Part shown: in pieces, positions 57,333-64,000 of the stretch
Layout of the letters: each line of letters begins with the position of its first letter
Numbering within the stretch: position 1 is the stretch's first letter
Origin: Podarcis muralis
Taxonomy: Eukaryota
Length of the DNA stretch: 64,000 nt
Direction: 5' to 3'
Assembly (NCBI RefSeq): GCF_964188315.1
Contig: NC_135667.1
Span: forward strand, 16,182,001-16,246,000
The notes under the pieces: generated by a model
What the model was told of the DNA's origin: nothing
Database searches by the model: none
What the model saw: the letters and a program-made list of their open reading frames with translations, nothing else
Position numbers and translations under genes: made by a program

Positions 57333-59160
57333 GAAACTTTCCCCATTTTGGTATATTTTCCTACACTTGGACTGGAAAGTGAGATACAGAAAATTTAGAA
57401 GCAAATTTAGCAGAATCAGGATTAGGTTTTTCATTGCTTAAATGAAAGAAAAATTGCTGAATTCTCACATAAAAACAAAATATATAATGTATTTAGTATA
57501 ATATATTTTATTAGCTGATCAATGTATTGTACATACATTGTAAAGATAGAAATTTGGGCAATCTTAGGGGTTAATACCAGCGAGATTTTTATATGCTAGA
57601 CGAGACATGGAAGTAGCAGTAAGGGGGAAGGTGGTGCTAAGTGTACCTTCCTGTGCAGCATCCCCCCTCCCTGTTTGCCCCAAGCCGACAACAAAGCTTA
57701 GCTATGGGATCACAAAGTGCAAGAGCTGTCAACACGCATAGCCTGGTGAGTGATGGGAAGTCCAGAGCTGGGGTTATTCTATTTATTATTTGTAACATTT
57801 TTACTTTTCAAGTCTGTGAGTTTTGGGGCATCAGCAAAGCTGGGATATTGGGAGGTTGGGATTATTGGATATGAGATTTTGTCTGCTAGAAATAAAACGT
57901 TAGAAGTTTGCAAGCTGGAATAGCTGCAGGTTGGGTAGTTGCCTAGATGATGATGGTGACTGCCACTTCTCCTGGGAGAAATGTGGCCTCGCAAAGGGAT
58001 ATTGCTTTGCTGTATGTAGTGAAGGAAGGAGGCTGCTGGGATAACTTGCCTTTGCTATAGCCTGACCCAGGTAAGCTGTCCATCTTAGCTGCTGGAAGTG
58101 TAGGATATGAAAAAGGATGAAAGCCCTTTCAGAGGCTGTAGGCTAGTAGTATGAGATAATGGGAAATACTGGACTAGTAGTAGAGTTGTTTTCTCGTGTT
58201 GTGGCAGAAGACCGGGGAGGGTCATGAGAATCTTTCAGGTTAGACATGTCTCCCAGCCACAAGGTCTTTATTTGTTGTTTTAGAGTCTGCTAGGACCTGC
58301 CCCTTTCAGCCAAGGAAAAGCATACCTTTACAGTTTAGGAATGTAGCTACAGAGACACTGAGAAGAGAATTAATAGACTCCTTTTCTCCAGGTAAGGGTA
58401 CTTTTCTTCTGTTAAGTACATCCTCCAGGTATCTGATGCCTGTGTTCTTTAGCCTAAGCAGGACTGCCTTCTGTTTGGGCGGTATGAGATATAGTAATTG
58501 AGGGGGGGATTAGTAGCCAACATAATGCTTTTGCAGGGTTTTGTTGGGAAAATGATGTTTTCAGCTGGTCTTCATTTATTTATTTTTTTGCAAAGGAAGG
58601 AGGATAAAGTAATTTCTAGCTTTCACAATTCTGGAAGCAAGCTTGAAAATGTTACAGTAATTACAAGCTAATGACGTGGAACCTAAAAATACCCTGAGAA
58701 CTGCTTTTGGTTTATCCATGAGGAAATAGTTGTTAAGAATAAGTCATCTTGAGTCCCAATAAACTCTTACTCTTAATTTTTCTTTCCTTTGAACAGGGCA
58801 TTTCTACCCGAAAACCTCTTGTTAACTCCTGAGATGGATTGAGGGAAGGAACATAACAAAACAGGCTCTGAGGCAAGGAATAGCCTTCTAGCTTCAAGGA
58901 ACTACAGAACAGCTCCAAGATCACTTGGTAAAATGGAGAAAGTGAGGTCTGGTGGGAGGGGTAGCACACAGTGATTAAAACATCAGAAGTAGGTAACTGA
59001 TATGGTAAGATCACTGTCAATACAGTAGGCTCAGGTCTTGACTGTCTCCCTTTAAAAAATATTTTATTAATTTGTTGGTTCTCACAGGATGTAGCACTCC
59101 ACACTGGTGTGGTATCAGAGGATGGAAGTGTGGCAAGAAGATTCAAGGACAATCAAAGAA
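57333..59160 (-). mobile_element. Possible old LINE (L1-like) remnant
   Basis: AT-rich with broken frames. The assignment rests only on composition. Confidence 0.25.
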
Positions 59161-59179
59161 ATATTTAAACATTTCAGTT

Positions 59180-59225
59180 TAGTATAGTATAGTATAGTAT
59201 AGTATAGTATAGTATAGTATAGTAT
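59180..59225. repeat. (TAGTA)n pentanucleotide microsatellite, about 9 copies
   Basis: Directly visible. Confidence 0.9.
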
Positions 59226-59259
59226 GGTATCAAAATATTTTGAGGGGGGTATACAACCA

Positions 59260-59620
59260 GACACGGGTGGCGCTGTGGGTAAAAGCCTCAGCGCCTAGGG
59301 CTTGCCGATCGAAAGGTCGGCAGTTCGAATCCCCACGGCGGGGTGCGCTCCTGTTGCTCGGTCCCAGCACCTGCCAACCTAGCAGTTCGAAAGCACCCCC
59401 GGGTGCAAGTAGATAAATAGGGACCGCTTACTGGCGGTAAGGTAAACGGCGTTTCCGTGTACTGCGCTGGCTCGCCAGATGCAGCTTATCACGCTGGCCA
59501 CATGACCTGGAAGTGTCTGCGGACAGCGCTGGCTCCCGGCCTATAGAGTGAGATGAGCGCACAACCCTAGAGTCTGTCAAGACTGGCCCGTACGGGCAGG
59601 GGTACCTTTACCTTTACCTT
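59260..59620 (+). mobile_element. Full-length Sauria SINE (Squam1) with a 12-bp TSD
   Basis: tRNA-like head gggtggcgctgtggg...ggttcgaatcccc, body cctgccaacctagcagttcgaaagcac...gtgcaagtagataaataggg, and an (ACCTTT)n tail. It is flanked by TATACAACCAGA at 59250-59261 and 59621-59632. Confidence 0.92.
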
Positions 59621-60455
59621 TATACAACCAGAAACATTATCCATGCCTCTCTTCAAGAGCATTGGCTATTCTTCTGAACTTCTCCATGGCAACTGTTGTG
59701 AACAGGGATTTTCAACTCTGGCAAATATGAAAGTTCAGAAAAGGGAAAGGCTTCTTTGTGTTGATGAGATGAGAGTTCATTTATTTCGGACTAGACCTAA
59801 GAGAAATGAAATTACCTGGCAAAAGTGAGCTCACGCTTCTCACTGAGTGTGTATACATATTTAAGGTACATATGTAAGAGGCTCATTTATAATTGTATTT
59901 TGAGAATGATTCATGTTCTTATGTAGCTGCATTTTAAAAAAAGTTTTGGATGCCCCATGATCATATTATAAAGTCGTCGTGTTCTATGCTATAAATCAAG
60001 CACTGATAGGAGTTGTTTCCTTTTGTTTTCCAATGTATTTCTAAGCAATAAAAAAAATTGGCATGAGCAAATTTTTGTTTTAAAAGTGTGGCCCTGAGAA
60101 AAAGTTAAAGAAGCACTGTATTAATTATTATTAATAATCACCATCTCAACAGTTAAGACACTGCACAGTAACTATTATTAAAAGGAGCATCCTCAAGTTC
60201 AAGATGCTAGTTTTAACACTAGAGTCAGAAACAGGGAACTAGAAACCTGTGCTGCTTCCAGCAACAGAAAGGCTCAAGAGGAGGGTCTTCTGTACTTTTA
60301 TGTCCCAAACCACATCCTAAGCACAGCTGCCAGCAGTGAAGGAATATCAAGGATTGCTTAAGGGTTGTGATCCCTTCCTGGAGTGGCTAGGAAGATGGAA
60401 TAATCTGGGCAGGAGGTGGTAGCAGGATAAAAAGACGTGGGAATGATGAGTTTGT

Positions 60456-60592
60456 CCAGGCATAGGCAAACTCTGGCCCTCCAGATGTTTGGGACTACAA
60501 TTCCAATCATCCCTGACCACTGGTCCTGTCAGCTAGGGATGATGGAAATTGTAGTCCCAAAAATCTGGAGGGCCAGAGTTTGCCTATGCCTG
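60456..60592. mobile_element. Palindromic hAT MITE, 137 bp, near-perfect copy
   Basis: CAGGCATAGGCAAACTCTGGCCCTCCAGAT ... ATCTGGAGGGCCAGAGTTTGCCTATGCCTG, with an 8-bp TSD agtttgtc/agttagtc (7/8). Confidence 0.9.
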
Positions 60593-61077
60593 AGTTAGTC
60601 CATAAATACAACTCAAGGATATTGTGCTGAGAATGAGACCCTGTAGAAGGGCCATATTTATTCAGAAGTGGGCCAGTTCAGGAGTCTTGTCTTGCTGGCC
60701 TGCAGCAACTTTCATAATAGCTGTCATGGAGAGGCTCATCTAGCTCATCCTACACTTTCTAGGTTGGAAACTACAATGAGGTGGGAAAATAAATTCATTG
60801 TGGTTGAGAAAGGCTCTTCACATATGCACTGGCCTAAGCTGCAGTAGTGCCCACATTCAGGACCCAAGGCCAATGCAGAAAGAACAGAGAGGAAGGAAGA
60901 AGATGTGGACTTGGTAAAAAATATATCTAAAGACTAACTGGCAGCAAATGATGCAGCATAGATGGAGCTATGGTGGTTAAAAGACTTGTGGAAGCAGAAT
61001 GTGAGGATTGATTGTCGTTGGGGATTGATGGTAGATGAATCAATGTGAATTTCTTATTTCTACTAGGAAACAGAAAG

Positions 61078-62724
61078 ATGGATACAGCTGAAAAACCTGC
61101 AAGCAAAAGGGAAGATGTAGTATCAGGAATAAAATCTCAGAGAAGTTTAGCAACCCCAGTAGCAAAGCATCGGCGAGTAGGCAGGGTAATCTGTGGTGTT
61201 TGTGGAAAGAGCTTTGTCAAGACCTGTGAACTGTTTGCCCACCAGCGGACCCACACAGGGGAGAAGCCATACGAGTGCTCAGATTGTGGCCGTTGCTTTT
61301 CTGTCCAGTCCGCATTGGCCAGTCACCAGAGTATCCACACAGGAGAGAAGCCTTACAGATGTCAGGAGTGTGGCAAGAACTTCCGGCTAAAGAGCAACTT
61401 GAGCCGCCATCAACGAGCTCATGATGGCATAAGACCATTCCGATGTGAATACTGCGGGACCACCTACAGCACCAAAGCTCACCTGGTCTGGCACCTGAAC
61501 ACCCATACAGGTGAGAAGCCATACAAATGTACTGAGTGCTGGAAGCGTTTTGGAGAGATCTCCTTGCTCGTAGAGCATCTTCTTTCACACCAGGGTGATG
61601 GTAGTGGTGGAAAAAATGAAATTGCCTCTGCAGGACGTTTAGGTAGTGGGAACCTTCACCACTGCGATGATTGCGGGAAGAACTTCTGCCGGAGCACCAC
61701 GTTAGCTGAACACCGTCGCATTCACACTGGTGAGCGTCCTTTTGCCTGCGGGGAGTGTGGCGAGCGGTTCATGCGACGGGCTCTCTACAACGAACATGTC
61801 CGCACTCACTCTGAAGAGGGCCCACCCAACCTATGTGTAGCCTGTGGTAAATCTTTCACCAAGCGCTATTCCCTTCTCCAGCATCAGAGGTCACACACAG
61901 GAGAAAAGCCCTACCAGTGCCCCGATTGTCCAAAAAGCTTCATTGCCAGCTCTGCCTTGACACAGCACCGGCGGATACACACCGGAGAGACACCCTACCC
62001 ATGTCCAGATTGTGGGCGCAGTTTTAGCCAGAAATCGGTGCTCACAACTCATCGGAGACTTCACACAGGCGAGAGGCCATACAAATGCCAGGAGTGTGGG
62101 AAAGGCTTTAGTCAGAGTTCAGCGCTCACTCAGCATCTCCGGACTCACACTGGTGAATCCCCTTACAGCTGCCAAGAGTGTGGGAAAAGTTTTAGTGGTA
62201 TGTCAGCTCTCAAGCGACACCACCTCACCCATACAGGGGAACGCCCCTTTCGCTGCGATGAATGTGGCAAAGGTTTCAAGCAGAGCTCCACGCTGGTCCA
62301 GCACCAGAGGATTCACACTCACGAGAAGCCTTATGCCTGTCTCCAGTGCAACAAAAACTACAGCCAACGGGCTGCTCTTGCCAAGCACCTGAGGACTCAC
62401 ACCAAGGGAGCCTTGCTTTCTGGCACATGCAGTGAGCCAATAGACATCAGGGTTTACAAAGAGCCTTTTGTCCAACCCCAAGAAGAGGAGAACAATACAG
62501 GGAATGACATGGAGGAAGAAGCTGATGAGGTCGTGGTGCTCCCTCCGGGGACGTGGGATGCTGAGGTAAAAGAAGAGTCAGAGCTTCAGTGGGAGAACGA
62601 CATACCATTTGCAGAAACGGGGTCGCTCTCATGGGTGAAAAAGGAAGAGTCAGATGAGGCCCAGGTAGAAAGGAGAGAACTGTCAACAGTCTCTCTGCAC
62701 ATCAAAGAGGAACCAGATGACTGA
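61078..62724 (+). CDS. C2H2 zinc-finger protein with 14 fingers (5+2+7) and an acidic C-terminal tail; no KRAB or SCAN domain; 548 aa
   Basis: The CDS is a single exon after an acceptor (tttctactag| at 61067), with a strong Kozak AAGATGG at 61078. It has 14 intact fingers with TGEKP-type linkers and a stop TGA at 62722-62724. Downstream AATAAA signals are at 63079, 63686 and 63709. I did not recognise an orthologue. Confidence 0.92.
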   Translation: MDTAEKPASKREDVVSGIKSQRSLATPVAKHRRVGRVICGVCGKSFVKTCELFAHQRTHTGEKPYECSDCGRCFSVQSALASHQSIHTGEKPYRCQECGKNFRLKSNLSRHQRAHDGIRPFRCEYCGTTYSTKAHLVWHLNTHTGEKPYKCTECWKRFGEISLLVEHLLSHQGDGSGGKNEIASAGRLGSGNLHHCDDCGKNFCRSTTLAEHRRIHTGERPFACGECGERFMRRALYNEHVRTHSEEGPPNLCVACGKSFTKRYSLLQHQRSHTGEKPYQCPDCPKSFIASSALTQHRRIHTGETPYPCPDCGRSFSQKSVLTTHRRLHTGERPYKCQECGKGFSQSSALTQHLRTHTGESPYSCQECGKSFSGMSALKRHHLTHTGERPFRCDECGKGFKQSSTLVQHQRIHTHEKPYACLQCNKNYSQRAALAKHLRTHTKGALLSGTCSEPIDIRVYKEPFVQPQEEENNTGNDMEEEADEVVVLPPGTWDAEVKEESELQWENDIPFAETGSLSWVKKEESDEAQVERRELSTVSLHIKEEPDD

Positions 62725-63419
62725 AAGAATTGTGGGCACGATGTCAGGCTTTGTGGTTTTTTCAAACAAATGTGCCAGGGCTGTCCCAGAAACTCCCACA
62801 TGTGACAAGGGGTTCTGTCTTGGAGGGAGAAAGATAAATCTAAGCTTGGAGCACTGTAAGGATAGACCTCTGAAAAGAGTGCTATTGGAACTGAAACCTG
62901 CCTTGAACCATGTTTACCAACCCTAATCCCAGAATTGTATAGCTTGGTTATGAATACTCAGTGGTGAGGAAAATGAATTCAGTATATCCTGAACAGCATT
63001 CTTCATTACCTGGTTCATGCAGTGTTCCCTTGGAAGGGAGCAGATTCAGAAGAGGTTCCAGAGCAGAGCCTTAACTCAAATAAATTATTGGCTGATCATA
63101 TTCTGTGGGTCAGCTTTGGGAGTTTGTGGTCTTGAAAACCCACTTTAAAAAGAAAAAAAGTGTTTTGGTGCTCCAAAGTTGCACATGCAATTTGGAAGGT
63201 ATAAAACTAGAATTGCAGGCAGCACTTGTAGTGGCCATGTAACCAATTAATATGAGGGGTAGATGGCATGGAGGGGAATGAGTATTCCCAGGAGGTGATT
63301 GTGCTAAAATGTCTCTCTGCATTCACAATGTATTAAAGGCATGATGACAACAGTGGTGCTGCAGTCAATATTTTCCAGTAGCAATGTTAATACACTATGT
63401 CTCAATCTTTGCCCTAGGG

Positions 63420-63546
63420 CAGGGATTAGGAACCTGCAGTGTCTCTAATGTTGTTGGACTACTCTCCCAGATCATTGGCTGTGCTGCCTGGGGCTGATGA
63501 GAGTTGATCCAACAACATCTGGAGGGCCACAGGTTCTCTATCCCTA
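63420..63546. mobile_element. Palindromic hAT MITE, degenerate
   Basis: cagggattaggaacctg...gttgttggactac...gagttgatccaacaacatctggagggccacaggttctctatccct. Confidence 0.65.
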
Positions 63547-63723
63547 CTTTTGGGCCAGGTTGTGAACACCCCCTCCATGCATTGTGCTAGTTTATAAAGG
63601 AATAGTGCCATGTCACCTTGAAAATGGCTTGGGCAGTGTTCACATTGTCTGTTTTCTGACAGGACCCTTATCGATCATGGGATTAAATAAAGTTTACCAA
63701 AAGTTAACAAATAAATGCTGAAG

Positions 63724-63812
63724 AACTCTGGGCAATCCTACCCCAGAAAAGCTCGACAACTCTGGGCAATCCTCCACAGAAAAAGCTCAACAACTCTGGG
63801 CAATCCCCCACC
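63724..63812. repeat. 34-bp tandem repeat, about 2.5 copies
   Basis: AACTCTGGGCAATCC starts at 63724, 63758 and 63792. Confidence 0.85.
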
Positions 63813-63871
63813 CCACGCACGCTCCTCCTCCCTCCAATGACAATGGGTAGATCACTGCCAGTTTTTTTATA

Positions 63872-64000
63872 CAGTGGTACCCCGCAAGACAAACGCCTCG
63901 CGAGACGAAAAACTCGCAAAACGAAAGGTTTTTTCGTTTTCGAGTTGCCTCGCAAGACGAATTTCCCTATGGGCTTGCTTCGCAAAACGAAGCTTGCCCA
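63872..64000. mobile_element. CpG-rich Tigger-like MITE, cut off by the window end
   Basis: TA|CAGTGGTACCCCGCAAGAC..., with repeated cgcaagacgaa/cgcaaaacgaa units and the same TIR start as 47467. Confidence 0.7.

Noticed and set aside
57333-57434. N-terminal part of the 165-aa RT ORF (MKNLILILL...)
   Set aside because: It extends past the 5' truncation point of the L2 into unrelated flanking DNA and is not part of the RT.
61045-61077. ORF-track N-terminus MNFLFLLGNRK for the 14-finger gene
   Set aside because: It starts at a GTG within the acceptor pyrimidine tract. The first strong-context ATG is at 61078.
63724-63812. Regularly spaced repeat considered as CRISPR-like
   Set aside because: The inter-repeat segments are near-identical rather than unique spacers, the context is vertebrate and there are no cas genes. 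It is a minisatellite.

Overview
This is eukaryotic (vertebrate) genomic DNA, most likely from a lacertid lizard, judged from a Sauria SINE with an (ACCTTT)n tail, BovB, L2, CR1 and hAT/Tigger MITEs. It is syntenic with human 16p11.2. I reconstructed five protein-coding genes by hand from splice signals and reading-frame phase. On the minus strand are FBRS (18 coding exons, about 1035 aa) and PRR14 (11 coding exons, about 721 aa). On the plus strand are three KRAB-less, SCAN-less C2H2 zinc-finger genes: an unnamed 3+3-finger gene head-to-head with PRR14, a ZNF771 orthologue, and an unnamed 14-finger gene. Four CpG-island promoters are visible. The most notable observations are: (1) the single acidic psi-K-x-E (SUMO consensus) exon of mammalian ZNF771 appears expanded into five phase-0 cassette exons, and the neighbouring 14-finger gene has three psi-K-x-E motifs in its tail; (2) a duplicated 3-finger module whose predicted site resembles the YY1-like motifs clustered in the adjacent promoter; (3) eight same-strand CCTTTAAR motifs in 430 bp of the FBRS CpG island, next to a dense CRE/ATF4 cluster; (4) an FBRS intron that is fully open in frame (199 codons). 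Gene identities rest on recalled human protein sequences, not on a database search. Small exons and regulatory calls are inferences without transcript data. I found no CRISPR arrays, rRNA or true tRNA genes.
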